Of a stretch of 64,000 nt of DNA, positions 39,801 to 49,630 are shown piece after piece. The position numbers and the translations under genes are program-made. Under the pieces are notes generated by a model. That model was not told the origin of the DNA. It did not search any database and saw only the letters and a program-made list of their open reading frames with translations. The DNA is from Andalucia godoyi And28 (Eukaryota > Protista > Jakobida). Numbering within the stretch: position 1 is the stretch's first letter; each line of letters starts with the position of its first letter. The stretch lies in contig VRVR01000060.1 of assembly GCA_009859145.1 (NCBI GenBank), forward strand, positions 1-64,000. Reading direction: 5' to 3'.

Positions 39801-41647
39801 GTCATCTTAGAGGACGACCCAAGACGAACAATGTCTTTCTCAGCGACGCCTCGGTCGAGAAGATCCTCTAGAAACTGGTCTAAGGCATGATTGGTGTAAC
39901 AAACACATAAGATTGTTTCATCTGTGTAATCATAGATCAGGCGGCCGACCAGTGCACCACAGAAACTCTTTCCCGTGCCAGGTGGGCCCTGAATCAGCCC
40001 AACACAATGATCCATTACGGTCACCACGGCTTCTCGCTGCGACTCATCAAGAAACAAAGAGGAAGGAGTTCCTGGTTTTCCAACAAAGAATTTTCCCAAA
40101 TCGGTCTTGTCGTTTGATCGTCGAATAAGATCAACAACATCACGTAATGTCCAACTATCATAGAGTGGTGCGACCGCATGTAAATGAGCATCCGGACTGA
40201 CCAACGAATGTCCCAAAGGAATATCAGTCATTCGCTTCAATTGATTGAGCACTGGTTCAACTGCAAAGAACGAGGCTGACAGTTGTATCATTTGGCATTT
40301 TGCCATGCTCTTTTCACCAATGAATTCCAAAAGTCGACACAGGTCAGTTTCATTGTCCACTCGAACGCCGATGCTTGGATGCTGCGCACTGAGATCGGAG
40401 TCCTCACGCATGCACACTGAGCCAAGAACGAGTTCCTTGTTTGGCAGTACAAAGCAAACAAGCGATCGCTGGCTTAGTAAACGAGGATGATCTTCCCAGA
40501 ATTTGCGATATTTGTTGGTTGCAACAGCAGACTTTGAATCCTTCGCATCAGACTTTGAGCCTTTTCCGAACGTACGGTCGACATCGAGCGGGTGGAGAAA
40601 GCTGATGCGCAATCCAGGAACACCTTTCAGTTTGTCGTCCTTCAATTCCGGAAGAATGTCATTAACGCGAAGCGAGACAAACGTACGAGATTTGAGACGA
40701 CGGGCTTCCACTGTATTGATGGCGTCCAATCCCTTGCGAATAAGAGAAAGTTCTTCACGGATGGGTCCGATAAAGTCCTCACGAAGCAAGCGGAACTGAC
40801 GATCGAGCACAAATGCACACTGAACGTCTGATTCAAGGTTTGTCATGTCACGAGCCAGCGGTAAATACGGTTCACGGTTCGACTCTTGCATCTCTTGTTT
40901 AGTCGGTAAGACCACAATGTCACGAAAACATTCACAGTCATTATCATGACGTCCACCAGGAGAATCTCGCATCTCATTACGAGATTTCACTTTCTTCAAT
41001 TGTGCTTGAGACAGGCTTGCACCTGCGACAATTGTTTGCAGACTGTGTCGCTCAGGATTGTTACAATTCGGATGATCTAAGAGCAAAACTGAAATTTCTC
41101 GCAGAATTTTGTTGCGATCTGCTATAGACGAGGTATCGTCGCTCGTTTCTTGACAAATTGCGTGTACTTTCAGCACAAACCAAGCGACAGTCTTGATGTC
41201 GAGATCCAGATCACTTGAAACAGCCACCGCCAACGCTTGCTTCAAAAATTCAAGCACGAGTGACGAAGTACAAATACTCTGAATAACGGCATTCAAATGA
41301 GACTTTCGCGCTTCTCCTGCCTGGAAATCGTCCCTGGCGAGAAAATCGAGAAATGGAACGTATGAGTCAATGAGGAAGTCTACTGAAGCATCCAAGGACA
41401 AGGCTTGCTGCACTGATTCCATAAGATTGGGCTTTTGTTTCATACGAAACAACACTTCGAAAGGCTCGCGATGCGAGATGACTTCACGAATCAAATCCTG
41501 CGCATCGTTCTCACACCGGATCTCGGTTTTGCCGTTTTTCTCACAATGTGCAAGCAGAGACTGCGTAGACACGGGACGACGCTGAGGAATCCGCCTGGGA
41601 GGCAGTGCAGAAGACGAAGCTCGATAAGAAGAACCGTGATGACTCAT
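33899..41647 (-). CDS. ZNFX1/Hrr1-like UPF1-type SF1 helicase + NFX1-type zinc fingers + three CbbX/SpoVK-type AAA+ ATPase domains (2582 aa)
   Basis: Helicase motifs QGPPGTGKS, LVEEAGE, IGDHFQLRP, TVDNYQGEE, NVLLSRAR. Cys/His repeats CGHKCGRKCH. Three AAA modules GNPGTGKT/FIDEAY, GSPGTGKT/VIDEAY, GPPGTGKT/FIDEAY. Confidence 0.95.
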   Translation of the reverse strand: MSHHGSSYRASSSALPPRRIPQRRPVSTQSLLAHCEKNGKTEIRCENDAQDLIREVISHREPFEVLFRMKQKPNLMESVQQALSLDASVDFLIDSYVPFLDFLARDDFQAGEARKSHLNAVIQSICTSSLVLEFLKQALAVAVSSDLDLDIKTVAWFVLKVHAICQETSDDTSSIADRNKILREISVLLLDHPNCNNPERHSLQTIVAGASLSQAQLKKVKSRNEMRDSPGGRHDNDCECFRDIVVLPTKQEMQESNREPYLPLARDMTNLESDVQCAFVLDRQFRLLREDFIGPIREELSLIRKGLDAINTVEARRLKSRTFVSLRVNDILPELKDDKLKGVPGLRISFLHPLDVDRTFGKGSKSDAKDSKSAVATNKYRKFWEDHPRLLSQRSLVCFVLPNKELVLGSVCMREDSDLSAQHPSIGVRVDNETDLCRLLEFIGEKSMAKCQMIQLSASFFAVEPVLNQLKRMTDIPLGHSLVSPDAHLHAVAPLYDSWTLRDVVDLIRRSNDKTDLGKFFVGKPGTPSSLFLDESQREAVVTVMDHCVGLIQGPPGTGKSFCGALVGRLIYDYTDETILCVCYTNHALDQFLEDLLDRGVAEKDIVRLGSSSKMTDRIANLSLQRQKDQQVPRSKEENRVYGQAKDEMRELREEAKELFERLRALNLHSTIFWRDLVAGMEELSKGRDLDPLRTHKSDDFGVVIGKRGKAAADDDLFGKWVAGKPLPESYGHIRDRLKLWEMTKAERAKQLQDWTEEIVKDLVEQLACCLRAMRGIDARFRQMKTQSNIQTMLKKRIIGCTTTGAANYFSELASIGAGVLLVEEAGEILESHVLTSLSRNTKHVIMIGDHFQLRPKVNKYEMQVESRQGLDLNKSLFERLIVDHCYPHAMLQKQHRMRNEIADIVRHLTYPSLRDDASVLNRANVRGLLKNVVFVNHQQGEGDHESIKQRGEETGSSKTNTFEVGMVVATCKYLLQQGYNDEQMVVLTPYLGQLQKIRTALRTEFDVSLNDMDAQDLIRAGENIDQNGGSSNKRPKIYVATVDNYQGEEADIVVASLVRSNPAHSIGFLAEPERVNVLLSRARLGMILFGDMETLTNASNRKGAELWKKINNFLSNDSRQSVVRGLPVRCDRHPTQLSYLETVDDFKKCAPDGGCLLACTYVFETCGHKCGRKCHRLEGHESVKCTSDVRSTCEKGHPLHFKCHVGRPSICKICEKIQAAEEKRKKAEAEEQRKRDAEEVEHRMQKAEREAQLQKINTEMQTLEISERRRLEDERLRLETDIGECILRVARTSLPGQTDEKISSMKEKAEQRKAQALSAPIRNNEKPSRAQGTGNGRMTMASPKENAQSGARPRSSDMSTSNGMLLSTKPRNANDTADFLSFVIAFCGLPKENEILSFVTDWKFTELEDCPPFARGALSHTMKTVLEKCAQNEWRAALTKAGKMSQATVPNLQLFLMLCRSKLNDDSLRNDLDEKKEIVASCDQISGILDLVSSAVLLQRYDDNECVLRGAVCALAAKKLLTETAGPFFEHITGLPPTVIELFNKLCDDVLTVAKQQSTPSIDSSSQSGKSLSGAFERWSEAKAIKGAASVAIDKLMNLIGIETIKTQFLDMYDSILLDKSRSANGKPSVGRRSLILTGNPGTGKTTIARIYSEFLSEQGIFPGKAFEETTGARLVDDGVDGLKKAIAAVEKGGVLFIDEAYQLNPGQDRQGGKVLDLLLTEVENKRSTMAVVLAGYKGRMDKLLQFNEGLPTRFPTVFDISDFDDSELLAIAKGYLSKQQNGRYHVDDEKIMRILSRRVGYLRGREGFGNARAVENAIEKVLQRQSRRIISLRSKNEFPDEWFIAMSDVVGIDGPPVLDDIPAWRRLEAMEGLGEVKDAIRGLAREIAGNYVREQKEEKLADFFLNRVFLGSPGTGKTTVAKLFGEIVCSLGLLSKGDLIIKKPADFLGGALGVSEQQTKAILKAAEGCVLVIDEAYGLCPIAGGKNSNITGSTPDPYKVGVIDTIVAEVQNTASEDRCVVLCGYREEMEHLLRVSNPGLARRFPLEKAFYFADFTDDELLRILNNKVQQLGISVSTNAQRVAIEELKKLRCKPNFGNGGAVDNLLSKARENCAKRCKNMSVAESVNQSKVLLEEDFVAGAPPRRSLEAILAGLVGSDGIRTTMIAMKQTVDFWRDKGVDPISKLFLNFRFVGPPGTGKTTVARKMGEFFYTLDLLSSADVEEVTPKDLIGSFVGQTRPKTEAVMDRALGRVLFIDEAYGLHPSKSPYCTEALEQLLSMLTDPRYMGKMVVILAGYEKEIDELLETNPGLKSRFQEQILFKPLTEEQCVQLLDKKLQTVSFKMDAGAIAKAQEIFVELVKTPNWANGRDVETIAKKVEQHTISVSMSVDEDDDVTPVKSDHVSQPMLQFLQERRKRGSSSAHTELPSILPQAQQLQQQVSPPSLLSKFEIAKSTEVKSHDEDIKEETEKSRLNADVSPVAPSWLQDGLRGALLHLGMNRDDAVNRLMKEEADEEIAREVAKKTKRDVETVKKEMEAMQQEIARRVQKVAKVPVIRCLLCGRPNCPVRPAVVGYLEVILPA

Positions 41648-42296
41648 TTTAGGATGATGTTCAATGTTAAAACTGCCAAATTAAAGGAGCTTTTGGAAAA
41701 CTAAGAAGCAAGGAACCATTTTCTTAAAAGTCGCACATTCTTAAGAACAGTTTTGAAGAACATCTACGGTTGGTTCATTTCGACTGATAGTAAATTTGTA
41801 ATTTTACCGCACTCGCATTAAAAAACAATAAACGGTGCTTATTTGCAGACCATTAACGACAAAATCATCGATGTCTGTATGAAATTTCCGAGCTCCAGTT
41901 AACCGACGTGTCGTCAGCAGAATATGAAGTATGACTGTATGCAGGTAAATGCTCAACTTTTCAGGGCTGTCTCGGTTCGCCTTTGTCCCAGCACAGTAAC
42001 CCTTTGGAACAAGCACTTTAACAGGGCGTTCATCGACGCAAAAAGATATTTTTAACTGAAAAATGGGAATGACAAGAAAAAGAAATTCTGAAAACTTTTC
42101 AAACACTCGAGTTCTCTTAAAAAGAAAGCTGAAATCATTCGAGTCTCCTTCCGCCTGCGTTGGATGACAGTTGTATTCCAAGCAACTTTGGAAGCAAGCG
42201 CCCTTACAAAACAACAATGCATTTGCTCCAAAGACCGATATTAGCTGAAAAACATTTTACTGCAACACAAATCTCCAAAAATCTCGCCTCTCCGCT

Positions 42297-43469
42297 TCAC
42301 ACAGTAGGAATGCGGCAGATCAACACAGCATCGCTTCGAATAACATAAAACATTCCGTTACGGGAATTCGCTAAAACGGATAGCATACTTTCTCCTCCAT
42401 AGAAAACATGTGCAATGCGAGCTTCCACGTCGCCAAACGAACTCAGCGCACCTGTGGCATTCACATCCACAAACCCAATGAATTTTTCGTTATCTTCATC
42501 GTTGTTTGGTGCACCTGAGGGGCTCAAGAGAACGCACAAACGATCAGTAGAAGCATCCTTTTGGACACACGAAATCAAATTTGCATGCCCGTATCCTTCA
42601 TACGCGCGCATCGTGAAATATCGAACGGCATCTGCAACCTCAGCACCGCAGAACGACGATTGCTCAATTTGCGATGCCAAAAGTACGCTGTAAGAAAGAT
42701 TCCAGTCGCCAAAAGAGCGCCTCGCAGGCTGGGAAATTGGCTTGGATCGAAGCAAGCCCGCACGTCCGTCTCGAAGGTAGTAATGGAAAGGCATTACAGC
42801 GCTTTTGCATAAACCAAGGACACCACCGGTTTTGCGATATCCAGCTCCCTGTCTGTAAAATCCCGGTTCCATGCACTCGAAACCAAACTCACGAATGTCT
42901 TGGAGCAAACTTCCGTAAGAAAGAGAATGAATGGGAATAGAATGGACCCAGGAATTGCCGCGAGAGATGCCGCATAATAAGCTATCAGTGGAAGGATCTA
43001 TGACACTCTGATTGACGTAGCGACCATAGAACGTGCACAAACGTCCCGTCGGGCATCCTGAATGCGCTGAATATTCAATCAGAGTTCCTGTATTTCGAAA
43101 ACTCACGGCAATCGTCGTTTCCCCGGTAAAAACAATGTCTTCCATGTCCCCACAGGAGGATGTAAGATGCTTCGCGGAATCGACAAGTTCGACAACGACG
43201 CCTGATTCGGCCGAACGACTGAAACAAACAAGAAAACCGTTCGTCCTTTCACTGTTCAACGGGTCAGAATTCTTCAAACGTGCAAGAACATAGAGACATT
43301 CCTCGTTCCTATTCCAACACGCAGCGGTGGTCAAGCGCAATGCCAATCCATCGACGGTACGTGGAGCTTCCGTCGAGGATTGTAAAATTGTTTCCACAGT
43401 AGGCCATCCTCGATAGACTTGAGATGACATATCTGAGTTGGAAGGCTGGTTCGTTTCGGATGTCGACAT
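42297..43469 (-). CDS. Hypothetical protein, beta-rich (possible beta-propeller)
   Basis: ATG at 43469 (MSTSETNQ...) after a pyrimidine tract; about 390 codons open with short alternating hydrophobic strands. Confidence 0.6.
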   Translation of the reverse strand: MSTSETNQPSNSDMSSQVYRGWPTVETILQSSTEAPRTVDGLALRLTTAACWNRNEECLYVLARLKNSDPLNSERTNGFLVCFSRSAESGVVVELVDSAKHLTSSCGDMEDIVFTGETTIAVSFRNTGTLIEYSAHSGCPTGRLCTFYGRYVNQSVIDPSTDSLLCGISRGNSWVHSIPIHSLSYGSLLQDIREFGFECMEPGFYRQGAGYRKTGGVLGLCKSAVMPFHYYLRDGRAGLLRSKPISQPARRSFGDWNLSYSVLLASQIEQSSFCGAEVADAVRYFTMRAYEGYGHANLISCVQKDASTDRLCVLLSPSGAPNNDEDNEKFIGFVDVNATGALSSFGDVEARIAHVFYGGESMLSVLANSRNGMFYVIRSDAVLICRIPTV

Positions 43470-43753
43470 AGCCAAGTTGGTAATTATCGTAAAAGAGAGA
43501 AAACGAGAAAGATTAAGGATGAAAAAGAAGGAGAAGTCCCTTGCAGAGAACAACAAAAGAGGGGTTCTTGGAAATGTCCGGCGTTGGCATCGATAGCTTT
43601 CCCCGGGTGCCGAAAAAAGCAAATCCCACGGGAAAACGATCCTGCAGAAAGTGAGAGGGTGCAAAAACAAAAACAAAATGCGTGGTTTCTTGATGTACGA
43701 TCAAAAGATGCTTCGGTGAGAGGTTTCGCCTGTTTCTGTTTCCTTTCGCAAAC

Positions 43754-44973
43754 ATGAACAATGATCTCCGATATACCGCTTCCCATTCTTCACAAGATCC
43801 TTCGGTTTCTATCTTTTCGAGACATACTGCCCACCAGCGTTCTTCGAAATCAAATCATGGTGCCATCATTACGACGTTCAAAATAAGCGGTTCAGTCCAT
43901 TTTCCAGACGAAGCGTGGCCTTTCCACGTCGTCAAGTTTCTGGAGATGTTTCCATCCTCGACGAGGTGCATTGATACTGTTCGTATCGCCAACGAAATCG
44001 ACCGACGTGTCTACCGACAATTCAAATCTCGACTGTTTTTCGAAAACAGTTTGTCGTTCCCTCCGTTGCTGGTGTATACTCACGGCTGTGTTCTGAAACA
44101 GAACCTCTTCTGCCGAACGATCCAGTGGACTTTTTAGCAGAAGCTTTGAACAACGGAGAATTACCATTTGAAGCTTTCTACGGAACTCTGCGCATTTCGC
44201 AGGAAGTTTCCGCCCGAGTGCTAACAAATATTTTGCAACGATTTCCAAAATGGGACCTCGGTGTTCGTTTTCAAGGTATCGACTTTTCGGAGAAAGAAGA
44301 CTGCACATTCCAAATACTCGCTGGATTGGATGTGAAGAGATTTGCATCGATCTTGAAAGATGAATCGTACGATTGCTCGTTTGGCGCTTTTCTTCCCGTT
44401 TCAAATCATGTGGTTTGTGTTCTGTCAGGGTCTTCGACAGTGTGCGCATGGAAATGGTTTCTAGCTGTCTGTCGTCGTTTCCTGGGCGTTGAACATTTGT
44501 ATGTTGTTCTGTACCGGGATCGACTGGATCCACCACTCTTGGAATCCATTTTGAGAATTCCAAACGTACCTGATTTGCAGTTCTGGGAAATTCTGTAGAT
44601 GCCGGACGATGGCCAATCCATTACTGTGCGTTTCGCGCAAGAAGACACTGTTGTAACGGTGACGGTTGATCGAGATTGTATTGGTGAAGACGATAATTCC
44701 TCACCAGTTGAACTGTTTCCACTTCCGTTGCTCAGCCCATTGTTCACAGAGCTCGTTCTCATCATTGACTTGCCGCGAAATTTGCGACAACCGTTGGTTC
44801 TTCCAGGATCCAGTGCCATCCAGATCTTGACTGTATGCCAGAAATCCCATTACGAATGCCTCTCTTTGGCATTCGGCAAGTTTTCCAATCTGGTGCACCA
44901 TAACTTAATAGGGCCAGTCCCGAGTGATTGGAAGAACTTGTTTCCGACTGCATCAAAACGATTCTCGATGTGA
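43754..44973 (+). pseudogene. Disrupted gene of unknown function
   Basis: Three consecutive ORFs joined by a frameshift near 44130 and an in-frame TAG at 44596-44598 directly followed by ATG. Confidence 0.45.
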
Positions 44974-46418
44974 TTCGCCTCATGATGGTGATTTCAGCGG
45001 AAGAGCAATGGAAGCGTAAACGGCATTGTTCAGTCTTCTTTCGTAAAAATTTGAAAAAACGCGACAAAAGACGAAGACAGGAGAAAAGAGGGCAAAGGCA
45101 TCAATTGAACCTTCGGAACAGATTTTGGCGATGGCCGGCGCTCTTGCACTGAATTGCTCGCTGACTTCAGGGAGCCTGTCTTCGTTCGTTCAGTGCAGTT
45201 GTTCTAACGACAAAGCGTGGAAATGTACCGTTAACGGCAAGTCGGGAACAAGCTCTTTTCAGTTTCATTGAGTTGATACGTTTCAACGATGGTTGGTAGA
45301 ATGGATCCCAATCATTTGCTAATCTACTGCGTCTTGTGAAACCCAAACTGTGTCGCTGATTTTTTCGGTTTGGATTTCGGTGGTTATGACTATTTCTTGC
45401 ACGTTGGTCAGGTAAGTCCTTGGTTCAGTCCTTTGTCGATTATTCCCCGCCTATCCAAATTCACGAAAAGGAGCAAGCGGTAAGAAGTGGAATCCTGCTT
45501 CAATGAGTAGACTGCGGAATCTCTGCCGTTCTTCTTTACGCAAACGGTTAAAGAGAATGTGCTCAATGATCGGTAATAGACGGTACCAAATGCAGTTTCT
45601 GATCGTGAAAAAAGCCATACGGCAAATTGCAAAAACTCCACAAAAAGGACTGCTCTTGAACTGCCTGATCCCTCTCGAAACTTGAAGCCGATTTTTAACA
45701 ACCCGTATTTTTCTCGCCAGTCAGTCGAATGCGAAATTATACACGATCAACTCTCCGCGAGACATACGAACGTTCCACATCGTCCGCTGGTTGTGTCGGA
45801 AATGCATGAAAATTCGGTTGTGCCTATATCTAACGCGGGTTGATGTCGTGCTTTCAATCTCCTTTGATGATGGATTGCCTGTTTAGTCTTCCTTGTTCAA
45901 AATGGCCGACAGTTTCTCCAAACACTGCTGGCAAGTTTGGAAGTGTATATTAACGTTCTTCAAGTAGAACGCAAAGCTGTTGGCTTTTTCCAACCGGTTT
46001 TTGCAGCCAGTTCACAATCACACCAAAACGCTCCTTCAAGACAGAAACGAATCGCGATGCAATGAAGAGTGTTAGAAGAGGAAGAGATCAATGGACTGGT
46101 GATCATGCGTAACCACAAGTGCACATATTTGTCGGTCCACTTGTTTGGTTTACGACATGATTGATCCTTGTGTTCTGCCCAGCTTTCTCGTGTTTGCACG
46201 CGCGTTGAATCGGAAGAACTTCTTGAGGCGCGATTCAGCATTGCTGCCAACTACGATGGTTTGGCATTTTGTGTCTGAACTGAAAACTCAACGAATGTCA
46301 TTGTTGCCGTCTATAGGAAACTAAGAAAAACCATCCGGCAGCACTCACCTGCGTCGATTCTTCAGCATTTTCCCGGATTCCGCTTCCCGGGTTGCTCACG
46401 AAAAAAACACCATAAACC

Positions 46419-47192
46419 ATGTCGAAACGTCGCATCTGTCCAACATGGGTTGCACCCGGAGTCTCTGTACGGCACGAAAATGCAGAAACAGAAACTACAC
46501 TAGCTGAAGACGACAGCACACTTTGTGCCATCGGCTTCGAAGAACTGGAAGCATTCGTTCCCGTCCTTGCGGAAGATAACGTGAAGAAGATGCACGATCT
46601 CCTTTGTGCACGCGGTACTAAAGAATCTCTTAGTGTTCTTTGTGCTCGCTATTTGGAACAATATGGCGTATCATCTTCAACGGCGTATCATCATGTACGT
46701 CGCTGTAATCTGACAGTGGACTCCACAGTCGCGGAGATTCGCATCTTTCTGATGAGTGTGTTGTACACATGGGCGTCAAAACACACTTCGATTTTATTGG
46801 AGCATGACCTTGTTTTGAACGAAATGCCTGTTTATCGGTGGAAAAATGGATTGTACGTGATGAAAGATGACGTAGTCGTGTACGTACATCAGTACGGATC
46901 GTTCGAAGAAACATGGATTCGGCGAGCTGGTGTCCAAGTGCTCGAAAACGAGGCAGACTTCGTGGATGAGCTAGCCATGTGCGTGGTGACGGAGGTACAG
47001 GATCTTTTACTGTGGAAGTGGATGTCCTTGTTTCATCCTGTGCAAGGAACAGTTCTTCTACCGAGCGTTGCAAGAATCGAAGTCCTTTCCGCAAGCTTGG
47101 TGAGACGCATTCTGGCAAAGGTGCATGATAAGCAATGCCATCAGTTGGAAAAACATCGTTTCGCTGTTCGGGATGTCTCCGATGACGCTTAA
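46419..47192 (+). CDS. Hypothetical protein (257 aa)
   Basis: ATG-initiated 774-bp ORF with globular-protein composition; no motif recognised. Confidence 0.6.
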   Translation: MSKRRICPTWVAPGVSVRHENAETETTLAEDDSTLCAIGFEELEAFVPVLAEDNVKKMHDLLCARGTKESLSVLCARYLEQYGVSSSTAYHHVRRCNLTVDSTVAEIRIFLMSVLYTWASKHTSILLEHDLVLNEMPVYRWKNGLYVMKDDVVVYVHQYGSFEETWIRRAGVQVLENEADFVDELAMCVVTEVQDLLLWKWMSLFHPVQGTVLLPSVARIEVLSASLVRRILAKVHDKQCHQLEKHRFAVRDVSDDA

Positions 47193-47537
47193 TAGCAAGT
47201 CCCGACATACCCCGTAAAAAATACCAGGTAAATCACATTCGTTCCATATGACGGCCAAACTGAGAATGATGTAACACAACTTCCAAGAAGCACAACGTCA
47301 TGGATGATGACAGAAGGAGTACTTACCAACGAAAGAAGCCGATCGTAACGGAAAGAGGTGAGCGGCACTTTTTTGTTACCTAAATTAGGGTTTTTTCAGC
47401 AGTTATCAGCTTTTCCTCTCGAATTCCAACGGATGTCAGTTCCGCGTTTTCCGTTTCTGTCTGTTTTTCTCTTCTTTCTTCTCTCGCCTCTTCTTTTTCT
47501 CATACAAAAACTTGATAACATCCTGTTTTCAACAACC

Positions 47538-47870
47538 ATGTCCTCCATCAGCGCATACAACGAGAAGACAGCCTGCTGTGCACGGATTCATTGCTTGCTC
47601 TGTGCAATCTGTACCTGTGGTTTCGGAATTAAAAAGTGCTACTTGACGGAGCTCGACAATCCCACTTGCTGCGAACGCTTGACGTGCAACTGCTGTTGCT
47701 TCGGCGGCTTGAAAGAATGCTGCTGCGATGCGAACGACATGGCGCGCGAGCACAACTCTCGTGCTCGTGGAAAGCATAACGAAGCGAACCAGCTGGCCAT
47801 GGCACGTCAGATGCAGACGCAACAGATGCAGATGGCCAAAATGCACGCCCCGCCCCAGACAATGTCCTAA
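47538..47870 (+). CDS. Small Cys-rich protein with a Gln/Met-rich tail (110 aa); possible palmitoylated membrane-associated protein
   Basis: ATG at 47538 after a long CT tract. CC...CLLCAICTC...CCERLTCNCCC...ECCC. Confidence 0.7.
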   Translation: MSSISAYNEKTACCARIHCLLCAICTCGFGIKKCYLTELDNPTCCERLTCNCCCFGGLKECCCDANDMAREHNSRARGKHNEANQLAMARQMQTQQMQMAKMHAPPQTMS

Positions 47871-48087
47871 ATCCACCACAACACCAACTGTTCGTGAGGA
47901 ATAAAATGCGCCTGTTTGCTGCAACCTCCAATTTCTGTTTTACGTCTTGAAACCAAATTCCAACCGACTCTTTAGCGGAGGAGTGCACTTCGGCTTTTCG
48001 TTGTTTTCGTTTGTTCGATTGTTTTTCGTGTTTTCCAATTTATCCATTCAAAAATTTCTTCTTGCCAACCATTCCTTATTTCCCAAC

Positions 48088-49110
48088 ATGATTCCCAATA
48101 ACCATGTCAACCCTTACGGGTTCTCTGTTGCGAAATTCAGTGTTTTCCCACCCGCAGCCACTTACTTTGTTGCAGACGCTGTCGGCGTGAAAGTTTTCGA
48201 CTCCCAGACTGTCGGTGCCGTCTTGTTGAAGGGCCACCGGCGTGCGGTCCAATGTGGTTTAGCTGCTAAGATAGCGTGCATCTTGGCGGTTGTTTGCTTT
48301 GCAGTGCTGTCTGCCACGGTCAGTAACGAATCGTCACTGTTCAAGTATCACGACGATACTTCGGAAGACTTCGATTCACAGGTGAAAAACTTTGCGTTTG
48401 GAAACATTACGTTGCAGTCTGCGAACTTCACGTATCCTGCTTTTGGTTTCCAATCCAAACAGCTCTTCATGCCTGCGGTTTGCATGCAACTTCTGGATCC
48501 GGACGAGTTTGCACTTGGAAAATCTGTTTCTCGGAAAGCACTGCTTGCCTTCATGCACACGAGCACTGCTTCCGCTTGGAATGCTCCCGATCTGTCCCTG
48601 TATCAAGATGCTATGCGCATTGCTCTGGGACTTATTGGAGGAACTGTGCTTGAAATTGTGATCGCTGTTGTTGAGTGGCGGAAATTCAAACAGTCATCCT
48701 ATTTGATACGTCATTCATTCAGCATGCTACAGATTCTTGGTTTGGTCATTGGGTTCGCCATTCCTGCACTTCTCGGTGCTTCGCTGATCATGATTGTGAC
48801 CAACCTTCCAGTCGCAGCATTCTTTTATCGACCCCAGATGATCGGTGACGTCAAAAAAGCGTGCACTCTGAAGACCAGCACTGACGACATCGTCAACGCT
48901 CAGCTTCTGGACGTTCAGCCTTTTGCTACCGTTATGGCTGCACTCATTGCCGGAGCATTCCTGTTCTTGGTCTGCAGCATCTTTGTCACTCTTCGCCACA
49001 GCAGCAACATCGGCGCCTGGAAACGCGACAATAACTTCAAGCTGACCATGTTTGATAAGCTGTCGATGAAATTGTGTTGCTGCCGTTCAACGGTTGCACC
49101 GAAAATGTAA
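48088..49110 (+). CDS. Four-TM membrane protein with a large first loop and a C-terminal CCC
   Basis: ATG at 48088; four clear hydrophobic segments; KLCCCR near the C-terminus. Confidence 0.75.
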   Translation: MIPNNHVNPYGFSVAKFSVFPPAATYFVADAVGVKVFDSQTVGAVLLKGHRRAVQCGLAAKIACILAVVCFAVLSATVSNESSLFKYHDDTSEDFDSQVKNFAFGNITLQSANFTYPAFGFQSKQLFMPAVCMQLLDPDEFALGKSVSRKALLAFMHTSTASAWNAPDLSLYQDAMRIALGLIGGTVLEIVIAVVEWRKFKQSSYLIRHSFSMLQILGLVIGFAIPALLGASLIMIVTNLPVAAFFYRPQMIGDVKKACTLKTSTDDIVNAQLLDVQPFATVMAALIAGAFLFLVCSIFVTLRHSSNIGAWKRDNNFKLTMFDKLSMKLCCCRSTVAPKM

Positions 49111-49129
49111 GTTTTATTGAACGAATAAA

Positions 49130-49630
49130 CTACATGCCGACGAGGAACAAAACAGTGGTGATTCCCAAGACGAAGAAGTTCATCGTTTCCATCGGAGCAC
49201 CGGACGGAACGCTTCCATCGCACTTCGTCGTCTGCACCATACCTCGAGACCTCACGTTCGATGTGTTGGAAATAATGAAAAACAAAGGCGTCGTGAAGTC
49301 AGGTCCGGAATAGGTGATCGAAAACTGATTTGCGGGGGTGAATGACACCAGCGGACCAGCGTAACAGGTTTCCAGAGCAGAGACGCACTGGAACGAGAGT
49401 CCCGTGACGTCTACCATCACGTCGGCATACTGCAGAGCGTTCCCGGAACAAGCGACGGTTGTCTGCGCAAAATACAGCTCCTTGTTCGTCGTAATGTTCA
49501 CAGGGCCTCCACAAAAAGACTGACCGCAAACCACCGCCTTCATATCGGCGACGGATCCGGGGGCCGCTACGCCAACGGAGAGGTAGCAAAGCAGCGCTGA
49601 AACAATAACAGTCACAATGAAAGATGACAT
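49130..49630 (-). CDS. Small secreted, probably GPI-anchored surface protein (166 aa)
   Basis: N-terminal signal peptide (MSSFIVTVIVSALLCYLSVGVAA), six Cys, hydrophobic C-terminus FFVLGITTVLFLVGM with no cytoplasmic tail. Confidence 0.8.
   Translation of the reverse strand: MSSFIVTVIVSALLCYLSVGVAAPGSVADMKAVVCGQSFCGGPVNITTNKELYFAQTTVACSGNALQYADVMVDVTGLSFQCVSALETCYAGPLVSFTPANQFSITYSGPDFTTPLFFIISNTSNVRSRGMVQTTKCDGSVPSGAPMETMNFFVLGITTVLFLVGM

Noticed and set aside
41804-42217. 137-aa minus-strand ORF between the helicase and the beta-rich gene
   Set aside because: Non-ATG start, no motif, and a length within the range of chance or decayed sequence.
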